From Candidatus Fervidifonticultor secundus (GTDB taxonomy: Bacteria > Sysuimicrobiota > Sysuimicrobiia > Sysuimicrobiales > Humicultoraceae), in NCBI GenBank assembly GCA_031459385.1, contig JAVKIP010000010.1:36120-100119 (forward strand): DNA of 64,000 bases, given 5' to 3'. Below, piece by piece: positions 18,923 through 28,200 of the stretch (its first letter is position 1; every line of letters starts with the position of its first letter). The notes below the pieces were generated by a model. That model made no database searches. It saw only the letters and a list, made by a program, of their open reading frames with translations, and was not told the origin of the DNA. Made by a program: the position numbers and the translations under genes.

Positions 18923-19858
18923 TCACGGCTGCTGCCCGCGCGGCGGCGCGTAGTCGTACATGAAAGTCCGCACGTAGTCCACCAGTGCCCAGATCTCGTC
19001 CTCCTCGAGCTTGCCCCGGTACGCGGGCATCAGGCCGCGGCCGTCCGCGATACGCTGGAAGAGCTCGGTGGGCTTGCGGGCCGCCAGGAAGTTGGCGTCG
19101 GTGAAGATGCCGGCCCCGACGCGATCCCGCCAGCCCCACACGCCGGCCGCCATCTCCTCGGACAGCCGGCCGCCCCGGCCGTCGCCGGCGGGGCCGTGGC
19201 AGTCGGCGCACGTGGCGACCCGCCCGCCGCCGATGTCCAGCGCCCGGGTCTGATAGATCTCCCTACCGCGCGCGATGGTCTGCGGCGTGGTGGCGAATGT
19301 CCAGGCGTAGAACAGCACGTCCCAGATCTGCTCGTCGGTGAGCGTCGCCGGCCCCTTGTTGGCGCCGTAGGCCGGCTTCCGGCCGAACGCCGGCATGGCC
19401 GTGTGCGGGCGGCCGAGCTTGATCGTCTCGAAGAGCACCCATGGCGCGTTCAGGCGCATCGCGATCTGGTTGTGGAAGTTGGCGGGACGGGACGGGATCC
19501 TCTCACCCTTGATCGCCAAGCCCCAGAGCCTGAAGAAATCGGTGAGGGGGTTCTTCTGCGGCGACGTCAGGCCGCTGGCGGCCGGACCGTCGCCGAACCC
19601 TTCGTCGCCGTGACAGACCGCACAGGTGCGCTCGAACGTGGCCCGCCCGCGCACCGCGGAGGGTTTGAAGCCGGGGGCGCCGTCCACCAGTGGCCGCAGG
19701 ACCGCCTGTTGCCCCAGCCCCGCACCAACCGTCGCCGCGGCGCCGCGCACGCGCACGGTCGGCTGGCATCCCGCGGCGAACACAGCGACAGCGACGATCG
19801 CGGGGAGCACGCGCAGCGCGATCGTCAGCGAGCGGGCGGCTTCCATCGTCAACGGCAT
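18923..19858 (-). CDS. Diheme c-type cytochrome, probable lipoprotein
   Basis: CAVCH...MPAF and CADCH...MPAY; lipobox FAAGC. Start approximate. Confidence 0.9.
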   Translation of the reverse strand: MPLTMEAARSLTIALRVLPAIVAVAVFAAGCQPTVRVRGAAATVGAGLGQQAVLRPLVDGAPGFKPSAVRGRATFERTCAVCHGDEGFGDGPAASGLTSPQKNPLTDFFRLWGLAIKGERIPSRPANFHNQIAMRLNAPWVLFETIKLGRPHTAMPAFGRKPAYGANKGPATLTDEQIWDVLFYAWTFATTPQTIARGREIYQTRALDIGGGRVATCADCHGPAGDGRGGRLSEEMAAGVWGWRDRVGAGIFTDANFLAARKPTELFQRIADGRGLMPAYRGKLEEDEIWALVDYVRTFMYDYAPPRGQQP

Positions 19859-19937
19859 GAACGATTCCACGCCCTGCAGGCAACTCCTCCCCTGGCCCGC
19901 GCGGGGTCCCTGCCACGGTGTCGAGCGGCGGCTCCGA

Positions 19938-20891
19938 TCAGATCCGTCGCCACAGCGTCCATGCGAGCCCGACGGCCAGGAGGCCCGCCAGGGTGCCGGC
20001 CGCGGTCGGTGCCGGCCATCGCCGCACGGGCGGGACGCCCGCGACGGTCAGCACCAGGTCGCCGGGGCGCAGGGCGCGCGCCCAGGCCCGCGCGTACCGC
20101 CTCCCCTCGCTCTCGAGTGGGGGCGCCGGCTGGAACTGCGGGGACCGAATCTCGGCCGGCGCGCCGGCGAACACCACCGCGCGGTCCACCGGCAGCCGGA
20201 GCGGACGATCGAGGACGGCCGCGCCCGCACCCGCCACGGCGTAACTGAACGAGAGCTGGTCGGCGCCGGGGCGCACGACGATCCGGTCGCGGATCTCCCC
20301 GCGCTCCACGCGCGGCTGGTGGAAGCCGGCGTGGTAGCGCACGTACCGCGCTCCCTGCGGCAGGGGGATGCCGACATCGCCGCGGTATGTGCGTACCGTC
20401 GTGTTGCGCAGGTGCCAGACCTCGAAGACGCGCACGTAGCCCGCGTGCACCTCGACCACCATGCCCACCAGCGCCACGCGCAGCGGGACGCCGGATGCCA
20501 CGTCGTACACCAGCAGCTCCACGCGGACCGGCCCACCCGCCACCACGACGTGCGCCGCGTAGACGACGCCGGCGTGGCTCGTCTGGACCAGATAGCGGCC
20601 GTCAGCCAGGCCGCGGAACGCGAAGCGCCCCGCGCCGTCGGTTCGGACCCGACCCACGTCCCGAGATCCGATGGGGCCCACGGACACGAGGAGGACGGCC
20701 TGGCCCGCGGCAGACCGGCCGGTCGTGCCGTTGCGGACGACGCCGGCGATCGCCCCGGCGCTGGCCTCCGGCGCAGGCGACGACCCGGAGGGCAGCGCGC
20801 CGGCTGCCGGTACGGCGGACGCAAAGATCGCAGGCAGCCAGAGCGCGACCAGTGCAGCGGCCAGGGGCGCGCGGCGCGCCGCTCTCCTCAC
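19938..20891 (-). CDS. Exported, membrane-anchored protein with carboxypeptidase-regulatory-like (Ig) domain
   Basis: Signal peptide, GAIAGVVRNGTTG...TDGAGRFAFRGL..GRY, C-terminal TM. Confidence 0.65.
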   Translation of the reverse strand: MRRAARRAPLAAALVALWLPAIFASAVPAAGALPSGSSPAPEASAGAIAGVVRNGTTGRSAAGQAVLLVSVGPIGSRDVGRVRTDGAGRFAFRGLADGRYLVQTSHAGVVYAAHVVVAGGPVRVELLVYDVASGVPLRVALVGMVVEVHAGYVRVFEVWHLRNTTVRTYRGDVGIPLPQGARYVRYHAGFHQPRVERGEIRDRIVVRPGADQLSFSYAVAGAGAAVLDRPLRLPVDRAVVFAGAPAEIRSPQFQPAPPLESEGRRYARAWARALRPGDLVLTVAGVPPVRRWPAPTAAGTLAGLLAVGLAWTLWRRI

Positions 20892-21163
20892 GCGCCGCCT
20901 CCGTCCAGGTGCCGCGCCGCGCGGGCGGCCGCATCTTCGAGCGTCGCCCGCTGTGCGTGGTAGTCAGCGTCGCTCAGCTTGCCCGTGGCCCAGTCGAGCT
21001 CGAGGTCCTGGAGCGCGCGCAGCGCCACGGCGTGCGCGGCCTCCAGGGCCGCGCGCGCGTCGCCAGCCTCCACGGGCGCGCGGCGCCAGGTGGGGGCCAG
21101 CAGGTACCACGCTAGCGCCATGGCGGCGACGAGGAAGGCAGCCGCGGACGCGTCCTCGATCAC
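20888..21163 (-). CDS. CcmI N-terminal-like small protein
   Basis: TM followed by ALQDLELDWATGKLSDADY; coupled to the ccmF stop. Confidence 0.65.
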   Translation of the reverse strand: MIEDASAAAFLVAAMALAWYLLAPTWRRAPVEAGDARAALEAAHAVALRALQDLELDWATGKLSDADYHAQRATLEDAAARAARHLDGGGA

Positions 21164-23154
21164 GGCGCACCCGCCGCCGGCCAGGCTGCGGGCTCCCCCA
21201 GGGGCAGCGCGGCCAGGTGCCGCCGGCGGCGCTCGGGCAGCGCTGCGAGCAGCGCGCCGAGGGCCAGGATCCCGCCACCGGCCCACAGCCAGGACACCAG
21301 CGGATGGATCAGCACGCGCAGCGTCGCACGGCCCTGGGGCGTCCAGTCGGCCAGGATCACGTAGAGGTCTTCACGCGGGGAGGCCCGGATCGCCACCTCG
21401 TGCATCGGCTGCCCCTGGGTCCGGTAGAACAGGCGCCGGGGCCGTAGGTGGCCGAGCGCCCGCTCGCCCCGCCACACCGCCACCGTGGCCTCGACGACGT
21501 CGATCCCCGGCCGCTCGGTTGCGTCCAGCCCCCGGAACTCGAGCGTGTACCCGCCGAACTGGAACCGTTCGCCCGCCCCCACGGTCGCCTGACTCTGCGT
21601 GGCGAAGGCGCTGCTCCCGGCGACGCCCGCCAGCATCAGGAGCACGCCGAGGTGCACCGTGTACCCCCCGTAGCGGCGGCGGTTCCGCCAGACGAGCTGT
21701 CCCAGCGCCCGGGCCACGGGCTCGCCGCGCGCGACGCGCACCCGCATACCGCGCACCGCCTCCAGCCCGATCGTTGCCACGACGAACAGCACCAGGACGA
21801 AGACCAGCAGCGCGCCCGCGGTCCGCACACCCGCAGCGGCAAGGACCGCGCCGCCCAGAAGGGCCGCCGCCGCCGGCCAGGCGAAGTTGCGCGCCAGCTG
21901 CTCGGGCGACGCCCGCCGCCAGGGCAGCAGCGGCCCCACCCCCATGAGCACCAGGAGGCCCACGGCGATGGGCGTCATCACACGGTTGAAGTACGGCGGC
22001 CCGACGTTGCTCTTCACGCCTTCGATCGCCTCGGTCAGCGCGGGGAAGATCGTCCCCACGAAGACCACGGCGGTGGCCACCATGAAGAGCAGGTTGTTGG
22101 CCAGGAAGGCGGTCTCACGGCTCACCACCGCCTCGATGGCCGCCTCGCGCCGCAGCTGGTCCCACCGCCACGCCAGCAGGCCGAAGCCAACCAGCAGCAC
22201 CACCGCCAGGAAGCTCAGGAACGCGGGGCCCACGGCCGACAGCGCGAACGAGTGCACCGACGCGATGATGCCGCTGCGCACCAGGAACGTCCCGAAGAGC
22301 GTCAACCCGAAGGCCAGGATGACGAGCGCCACGTTCCACGTCGCCAGCATGCCGCGGCGCTCCTGGATCTGGATCGAGTGGAGGAACGCGGTCGCCACCA
22401 GCCACGGCATCAGCGCGGCGTTCTCCACGGGATCCCAGGCCCAGTAGCCGCCCCAGCCCAGGACCACGTACGACCACTTGGCGCCGAAGAGCAGGCCGAG
22501 CGAGAGGCACGTCCAGGCCACCAGCACCCAGCGCCGCGCCAGCGCCACCCAGGTTTCGTCGAGCCGGCCGGTCACCAGCGCCGCGATCGCGATCGCAAAG
22601 GGCACGCTCATGCCCACGAACCCCAGGTAGAGCATCGGCGGGTGCGCGGCCATCCACGGGTTGCGCAGCAGCGGGTTCAAGCCCTGCCCGTCGGGCGGCG
22701 GGGGCACCAGGCGTGCGAACGGGTCGCTGGCCCATGCCAGCATGCCCGAGAAGAACAGCGCCACAGCCAGGAGCACCACCGTCGCCGGCGCCTGCAGCGC
22801 CGGATGCCCCCGGAGCGCGCGGATGCCGGCTACCAGATAGCCAGCCAGGATCAGCGCCCACAGCAGCAGGGCGCCGTCGTGCCCGCCCCAGAATGCGGTG
22901 AGCGTGTAGAACAGCGGCTGGGCTGACTCGCTGGCGAGCGCCACGAACCGCACCGAGAAGTCGCGCTGGAGGAGCGCCGTCCACAACGCCGCCGCCGCCA
23001 GCGCCACCAGCAGCGCCCACGCGGTTGCCGCACGGCGCCCGGCCTCCAGCAGGCCGCCGTGCTGACGGCGGATGCCGAGCACGGTGACCACGATGCCGTA
23101 GGCCGCGGTGACCACGGCCGCCAGGACCGCGAACCGGCCCACCTCACCCGCCAT
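21160..23154 (-). CDS. ccmF: Cytochrome c heme lyase CcmF
   Basis: WGGHDG, GLNPLL, HPP.LY.G, WGGYWAWDPVENA, SVHSF. Confidence 0.97.
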   Translation of the reverse strand: MAGEVGRFAVLAAVVTAAYGIVVTVLGIRRQHGGLLEAGRRAATAWALLVALAAAALWTALLQRDFSVRFVALASESAQPLFYTLTAFWGGHDGALLLWALILAGYLVAGIRALRGHPALQAPATVVLLAVALFFSGMLAWASDPFARLVPPPPDGQGLNPLLRNPWMAAHPPMLYLGFVGMSVPFAIAIAALVTGRLDETWVALARRWVLVAWTCLSLGLLFGAKWSYVVLGWGGYWAWDPVENAALMPWLVATAFLHSIQIQERRGMLATWNVALVILAFGLTLFGTFLVRSGIIASVHSFALSAVGPAFLSFLAVVLLVGFGLLAWRWDQLRREAAIEAVVSRETAFLANNLLFMVATAVVFVGTIFPALTEAIEGVKSNVGPPYFNRVMTPIAVGLLVLMGVGPLLPWRRASPEQLARNFAWPAAAALLGGAVLAAAGVRTAGALLVFVLVLFVVATIGLEAVRGMRVRVARGEPVARALGQLVWRNRRRYGGYTVHLGVLLMLAGVAGSSAFATQSQATVGAGERFQFGGYTLEFRGLDATERPGIDVVEATVAVWRGERALGHLRPRRLFYRTQGQPMHEVAIRASPREDLYVILADWTPQGRATLRVLIHPLVSWLWAGGGILALGALLAALPERRRRHLAALPLGEPAAWPAAGAP

Positions 23155-23296
23155 CTGGGCCGCGTGCCGCGCCCGCCGGTCCGCGCGACGTCAGGATGCG
23201 CTCCACGCGCTCGAGGTCGCCGATCAGGCGCCACAGCCCGACGGCCACCGCGACCCACAGCGGCACGAGCACCGCCACCAGCGCGGGCGCGCTCAT
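23144..23296 (-). CDS. 50-aa single-TM protein (CcmD-like), not in the ORF track
   Basis: MSAPALVAVLVPLWVAVAVGLWRLIGDLERVERILTSRGPAGAARGPDGG. GAGG RBS; fills the ccmE-ccmF gap and overlaps the ccmF start. Confidence 0.6.
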   Translation of the reverse strand: MSAPALVAVLVPLWVAVAVGLWRLIGDLERVERILTSRGPAGAARGPDGG

Positions 23297-23300
23297 CGCC

Positions 23301-23690
23301 TCACCGCTCAGGGTACCGCTCCCGGTACTCGGTGGGGTGCGTGGAGATCACCTGCGTGGCCTGGAAGACGCCCCCGCCGACCAGGCGCCCCTCGACCAGC
23401 ACCCCCCGGCCCTCCGCGAACAGATCCGGTAGCGGTCCGGCGAACTCCACGCGGTAGGCGGCGGTCCCATCGGCCAGCGTGAACTGCACGCGCCCGTCGC
23501 CCTTCGCCACCGAGCCAGGCTGCACGGCGCCGGCCAGGCGCACCCGCGCCCCGTGGAGGTCCGGGCGCCTGGCGAACTCGGCCGGCGTGAGGTAGTAGAC
23601 CACAGCCGAGCGCACACCCTGGTAGGCGGCGGCGGCCAGGGCGGCCACCACCAGCGCCCCGGCGATGAGCAGCTTGCGCCGGGCGGTCAC
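23301..23690 (-). CDS. ccmE: Heme chaperone CcmE
   Basis: VYYLTP.E, RVRLAG.V..GS, LPDLF.EG..V.VEG, HPTEY (HxxxY). Confidence 0.93.
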   Translation of the reverse strand: MTARRKLLIAGALVVAALAAAAYQGVRSAVVYYLTPAEFARRPDLHGARVRLAGAVQPGSVAKGDGRVQFTLADGTAAYRVEFAGPLPDLFAEGRGVLVEGRLVGGGVFQATQVISTHPTEYRERYPER

Positions 23691-23863
23691 GGCCCGGTCC
23701 CCCTGCCGCCCCCAGCCGCGGGCGTCGCCGCCGCAGGACCCACGGCGGCGGGCGCCGCGGCCTCGGTCAGTTCGTGGACCAGGCGCTGCCGCGCTGCCAG
23801 CGTGAGCACGTAGCATCCGACGCCCACGACCACGGCCAGGTAGGCCAGCGCCACGAAGGCCAT
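23687..23863 (-). CDS. ccmD: Heme exporter CcmD
   Basis: MAFVALAYLAVVVGVGCYVLTL..RQR, between ccmC and ccmE. Confidence 0.75.
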   Translation of the reverse strand: MAFVALAYLAVVVGVGCYVLTLAARQRLVHELTEAAAPAAVGPAAATPAAGGGRGTGP

Positions 23864-23865
23864 GG

Positions 23866-24522
23866 CTACCCGGCCTCCAGCCGCTCGACCGCGGCGGCCA
23901 GTACGCGCTCCTGCCGCGCCCGCACCCGCAGCAGCGCTGCTGCCAGCACCAGGAACGCGGCGATGTTGACGACCAGGGGCGCCAGCATGCTCGGCGGCAG
24001 GGCTGGGCCCTCGGGGCGGAACACCGTGGCCTGCGGGTGCAGCGTACGCAGCCAGACCACGGACCAGTGGATCAGCGGGACGTCCAGCAGGCCCACGATC
24101 CCCAGCACCGCGGCGGCACGCGCGCCGCGCTCGCCCGGGGCCCATACCCGCAGCGCCAGATACCCCACGTAGACGAACCAGAGGACGAGCGTCGTGGTCA
24201 GGCGCGCGTCCCAGGTCCACCAGACGCCCCACACCGGCCGGCCCCACAGCGCGCCGGTCGCCAGCGTGAGGGTGATGAACAGCACGGCGACCTCGGCCGC
24301 GCCCAGCGCCAGGTGGTCCCACGACGGGTCGCGCCGCCACAGGAAGAGCGCACTCGCCACGCCCACCACGCCCAACGCCAGGTAGGCGGTGAGCACGCTG
24401 GGCACGTGCACGTACATGATGCGCTGCGGGATTCCCTGGATGGCTTCGTCCGGCGCCAGCGCCAGGGCCCAGGTCATGCCCACCACGACCAGGGCCACAC
24501 CGAGGATCAGCAGCAACCGCAC
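23866..24522 (-). CDS. ccmC: Heme exporter CcmC
   Basis: RIMYVHVP, WGRPVWGVWWTWDARLT, W.RTLHP. Start estimated. Confidence 0.95.
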   Translation of the reverse strand: MRLLLILGVALVVVGMTWALALAPDEAIQGIPQRIMYVHVPSVLTAYLALGVVGVASALFLWRRDPSWDHLALGAAEVAVLFITLTLATGALWGRPVWGVWWTWDARLTTTLVLWFVYVGYLALRVWAPGERGARAAAVLGIVGLLDVPLIHWSVVWLRTLHPQATVFRPEGPALPPSMLAPLVVNIAAFLVLAAALLRVRARQERVLAAAVERLEAG

Positions 24523-24550
24523 GAGGGCGCCCCGGACCGGAGGTGAGCGG

Positions 24551-25198
24551 TCATTCCTCGACGAGGTGGTCGAACAGCAGCACGCTGGCTGCGGCAAAGA
24601 GCATAGCAAAGGCCCCCAGCAACTGCAATTGCGGTGCCACGGCCCGCAGCGGTGCGCCGTCCAGGATCTGGGCGGTGGCCGCCGTGGCCGCGGCGAGTAC
24701 GGGCAGCGCCACCGGGAGCAGCAGCACCGGCAGCAGCGCCTCGCGCAGCCGCGTGAAGGTCACCAGGCCGCCGAACAGGGTGCCGGCCGCGGCCAGCCCG
24801 GCTCCGCCCAGGCCCAGGACCGGCGCCAGCCGCAGCGCGTGGCGCCAGACGGCCTCGGAGTAGAGCACCGCAAACGCCGGCAGCGAGATGATCTGCACGG
24901 CTGCCAGCGCCGCCCAGCTGGCCAGGGCCTTGGCGAGCACGACGGTGCCGCCGTCGACCGGGGCCAGGCGCAGCGCGGTCAGGTGGTCACGCTCGAGCGC
25001 GAACAGGCGCGCAAAGGCCAGCGTCGCCGCGAACGCGTAGGTGACCCACATGGCCACCGCCGCGGCGCCGGGCTCTCCCCGCAGCGCGGCCAGCACCACC
25101 ACCAGCAGCAGCGCCAGCAGCGCCATGGCGCCGACCAGCTCGCGGGTGCGCCACTCCACGCGCAGGTCCTTCACCAGCAGCAGCCAGAGGGTCTTCAC
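24551..25198 (-). CDS. ccmB: Heme exporter CcmB
   Basis: KDLRVEWRTRE, F..E, LLPVLLLPVALP. Confidence 0.92.
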   Translation of the reverse strand: MKTLWLLLVKDLRVEWRTRELVGAMALLALLLVVVLAALRGEPGAAAVAMWVTYAFAATLAFARLFALERDHLTALRLAPVDGGTVVLAKALASWAALAAVQIISLPAFAVLYSEAVWRHALRLAPVLGLGGAGLAAAGTLFGGLVTFTRLREALLPVLLLPVALPVLAAATAATAQILDGAPLRAVAPQLQLLGAFAMLFAAASVLLFDHLVEE

Positions 25199-25902
25199 AG
25201 CCGCGCCTCGCGGAACCAGCCGGCCAGCGCGGCGTCGTCGAGCGCGGTTGCCGGGTCCACCGGCACCAGGCGGCCTCCGCGCAGCACCACCGCCCGGTCG
25301 GCGAGGGCGCGGGCCTGTGCGGGGTCGTGGGTCGCGAAGATCACCGTGCGCGCGGCGCGGCCTGCGCGCAGCACCGCGGCCACGCGCGCCGCGGCCTCCA
25401 GGTCGAGGCCCGTGAACGGCTCGTCCAGCAGCAGGAGGGCCGGGTCGTGGAGCAGCGCCCGGGCCACGTCGGCCTGCTGGCGCTGCCCCCGCGAGAGCAC
25501 GCGCGCCCGCCGCCCGCGCAGGGCGTCGAGCCCGAGCGCCTGCAGCGTTTCGGCGACCCGCACGGGCGGCAGCCCGTAGAGCCCGGCGAAGAAGCGCAGG
25601 TTCTCTTCCACTGTCAGCCCGTCGTAGAGCAGGGACTCGTGCGGCACCAGCGCCAGCCGGCGCCGCACCTGGGCGGGCGGCGCTCCCGGCTCCCCGAACC
25701 AGACGACCCCGCCACGGGTGGGCCGCAGCACGGTGGCCAGGATGCGCAGCAGCGTGGACTTGCCCGAGCCGTTCGCGCCCAGCACCGCCACGGTCTCCCC
25801 GGCACGGACGCAAAGGTCCACGCCGCGCAGGACGACCCGGTGGTCGAAGGTCCTGACGACGCCCGCCGCCTCGACCACGCGGGCCGGGCCGTCGGCCGTC
25901 AC
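25195..25902 (-). CDS. ccmA: Heme exporter ATP-binding protein CcmA
   Basis: GANGSGKS, LSRGQ, LLLDEP; first gene of the ccm run. Confidence 0.9.
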   Translation of the reverse strand: MTADGPARVVEAAGVVRTFDHRVVLRGVDLCVRAGETVAVLGANGSGKSTLLRILATVLRPTRGGVVWFGEPGAPPAQVRRRLALVPHESLLYDGLTVEENLRFFAGLYGLPPVRVAETLQALGLDALRGRRARVLSRGQRQQADVARALLHDPALLLLDEPFTGLDLEAAARVAAVLRAGRAARTVIFATHDPAQARALADRAVVLRGGRLVPVDPATALDDAALAGWFREARL

Positions 25903-25909
25903 CCGCGCC

Positions 25910-27520
25910 TCACCTGCGGGCCCCGGCGGGCGCGCTGTCGTCGGCCAGCAGGTCCACCAGGCGGTCGACAGCCTCCACCGGAAAGAGCAGGAACGGATAG
26001 GTGCGTGCCGTGGTCGCCTCGGCGTCCTGCTCCAGGCGGTCGAGGCGCCGCAGCGCGTCCTGCACCGCCGCCACTCGATCTGCGACCTGTACCCGGAGGA
26101 TCTCGTTGATCTCGCGGATCCGCTGCGTGGCCTGCCGCCGCTCGCGGCGCGTGCGGGCCTCCCCGCGCTCCAGCCGGCGGATCAGGGCCCACTTCTCCTC
26201 GACCAGGGCCCGGTGCGGGCCATCGTGGGCCGGGAGGAACCGGTCGGGGTTGTGCTGCAGGTCGAGCAGCTGGCGGTGGAGCCGGCGCCGCTCGTCGGCC
26301 GGATGCGCGCCGCTGGCGAACGGCAGCCACAGCGTTGCGGTCACCGTGGCGTAGGGCGGCGGCGCCACGCCGAAGAAGGCGCGCGCGATGGCATCGGTGG
26401 CCCGGTCGTAGCGCCCGCCGCCGATGCCGTGGATGAACAGGTCGGCCACCCCCAGGCGCACGAAGGCCGTGAGCGTCAGCGCCCGGGGCCGGATCGGCAA
26501 CGCCGCGAACGCCGGCTCGTCGGGGTCCTGGGGGACCAAGCCCACCGGCTCGGCCTCGGCCAGGAGCCGGCCTGTGGCGACCTCCACCATCAGCGGCCGG
26601 CGCCGGCCGTGCCGGACGACCCAGAAGGGCGCCTCGACCACACCGTCCTGAATGAGCAGATCGGGAAACGGCTGGGCGGTGGTGCGCACGCCGTAGTGCT
26701 CCCGGTACGCGGCGAGCGCCGCGTTGTGCACCTCGGCAAAGTGTCGGGCGTCCTGCACGATGGCCCAGCAGAAGCGGCGAAACGCCGCGCTCCGGTGCAG
26801 CCGGGAGACGGGCAGGTCCAGATAGGGGCGCGGTCCCTCCAGCGCGCGCCGGACGAACGTCACGGCACCGGCCAGCCCCGCAGTCGTAGGAGGAGGCGGC
26901 AGCGCCAGCGTCCGCTCCCAGCCGGCCAGCACGGCGGGGACGGCGACGGTCCGGATTCGGGCGTCGATCTCGGCGAGGAAGGCGCGCCACTGCGCTGGCG
27001 TCGGCGCCGGCATCGCCTCGGCGGGCACGTCGGGCGCTGCCTCGGCCAGCACCACACGCGCACGGACCAGCCGGCCATCGGCGACGCATGGCACCTCGGC
27101 CGCGACCACGTCCAGCGCGTCGCTGTCCACGACGCAGTGGAGCCCCACGCCGCCCGCGGGCACCAGCCGGCTCATGGCCAGCACCTTGATCCAGATGCCC
27201 GGATGGGCCAGCACGGGCTGGTGGCCGGTGGCCAGCAACGGCCCGGCGTCGGCCGGGCCAGCCGGCGACGCGCCCGCCCGCGGCGCACTGATCCCCAGGC
27301 TGCGGGTGTAGGCCTCGGCCAGGGCCAGCACCTCGGCCCGCGCCTGGCGCCGCCACGCCCCCAGCGCCACGCCCCCGATGGCGACGGCGGTGCCGGCCAG
27401 CCGGGCGTCGGCGTCGCGCGCCATGGCGAGCCACTGGCCGAACGGCGGGGCTGCCGCGGCCGCAGGCGAAGTGGCGGGGATCTCGAGCTCGAAGGCGGGC
27501 CAGGCGATCGGCGCCGTCAT
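25910..27520 (-). CDS. Hypothetical protein with distant BshC-like motifs
   Basis: ATGHQP..HPGIWIK, VDSD, RPRALTLT, FIHGIGGGRYD, C-terminal coiled coil; coupled to the BshB-like gene. Confidence 0.6.
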   Translation of the reverse strand: MTAPIAWPAFELEIPATSPAAAAAPPFGQWLAMARDADARLAGTAVAIGGVALGAWRRQARAEVLALAEAYTRSLGISAPRAGASPAGPADAGPLLATGHQPVLAHPGIWIKVLAMSRLVPAGGVGLHCVVDSDALDVVAAEVPCVADGRLVRARVVLAEAAPDVPAEAMPAPTPAQWRAFLAEIDARIRTVAVPAVLAGWERTLALPPPPTTAGLAGAVTFVRRALEGPRPYLDLPVSRLHRSAAFRRFCWAIVQDARHFAEVHNAALAAYREHYGVRTTAQPFPDLLIQDGVVEAPFWVVRHGRRRPLMVEVATGRLLAEAEPVGLVPQDPDEPAFAALPIRPRALTLTAFVRLGVADLFIHGIGGGRYDRATDAIARAFFGVAPPPYATVTATLWLPFASGAHPADERRRLHRQLLDLQHNPDRFLPAHDGPHRALVEEKWALIRRLERGEARTRRERRQATQRIREINEILRVQVADRVAAVQDALRRLDRLEQDAEATTARTYPFLLFPVEAVDRLVDLLADDSAPAGARR

Positions 27521-28200
27521 TAGATCAGCCCATCCCACCGCGCCACCCCGATCACCTCGCGGCAGGCGAACGGTTCGCCGAACGGCCGGCCGATGAGCTG
27601 GCCGTAGTAGGCGCACTCCGTGCGGATGGCGTCGAGAATCCAGCTGGTGCCGCGGGAGTCGTTGAACTGCGAAGCGTAGGCGGCGACCGCAGCCATCTTC
27701 GTGTCCATGTACGGCGTGATGTCCACGACGAACGCCGGCTGCGCGTGCAGCCGGTAGTGCGTGCTGAAGAAATGGTAGACGCGCTGGGGGTAGTACGGCT
27801 CGCCGCGCATGTCGGTCTTGGTCAGCTTGGCCCAGAACCGCGCCGCCTCGCCGATGGCACACGCCGCCACGTGGTCGGGGTGCGCGTCGACCCAGTAGGG
27901 GAGGCACAGCACCTGGGGCCGGACCTCGCGGATCACCTCGGCCAGCGCGCGGCGCGCCTCCAGGGTCGGCTCCAGCGCCCGGTTCGGGAAGTCGAGCGTG
28001 ATGCGCCGCACGCCCAGCAGCCTCGCCGCCTCCGCGGCCTCCTGCGCCCGGCGCTCGGGCGTGCCCATGGGTGTCGGCTCGCCATTCGTCAGGTCGCAGA
28101 TCACCACCTCGTGGCCCTGGGCCCGCAGCAGGCCGATGGTCCCGCCCATGCCGATCTCCACGTCGTCGGGGTGCGGCCCTACGGCGAGGACACGAGCCAC
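27520..28200 (-). CDS. PIG-L/LmbE family de-N-acetylase, BshB1-like
   Basis: PHPDDVEIGMGG, DLTNGE, R..EA, HPDH, VDIT...K...AYASQF. GGAGG RBS. Confidence 0.88.
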   Translation of the reverse strand: MARVLAVGPHPDDVEIGMGGTIGLLRAQGHEVVICDLTNGEPTPMGTPERRAQEAAEAARLLGVRRITLDFPNRALEPTLEARRALAEVIREVRPQVLCLPYWVDAHPDHVAACAIGEAARFWAKLTKTDMRGEPYYPQRVYHFFSTHYRLHAQPAFVVDITPYMDTKMAAVAAYASQFNDSRGTSWILDAIRTECAYYGQLIGRPFGEPFACREVIGVARWDGLI

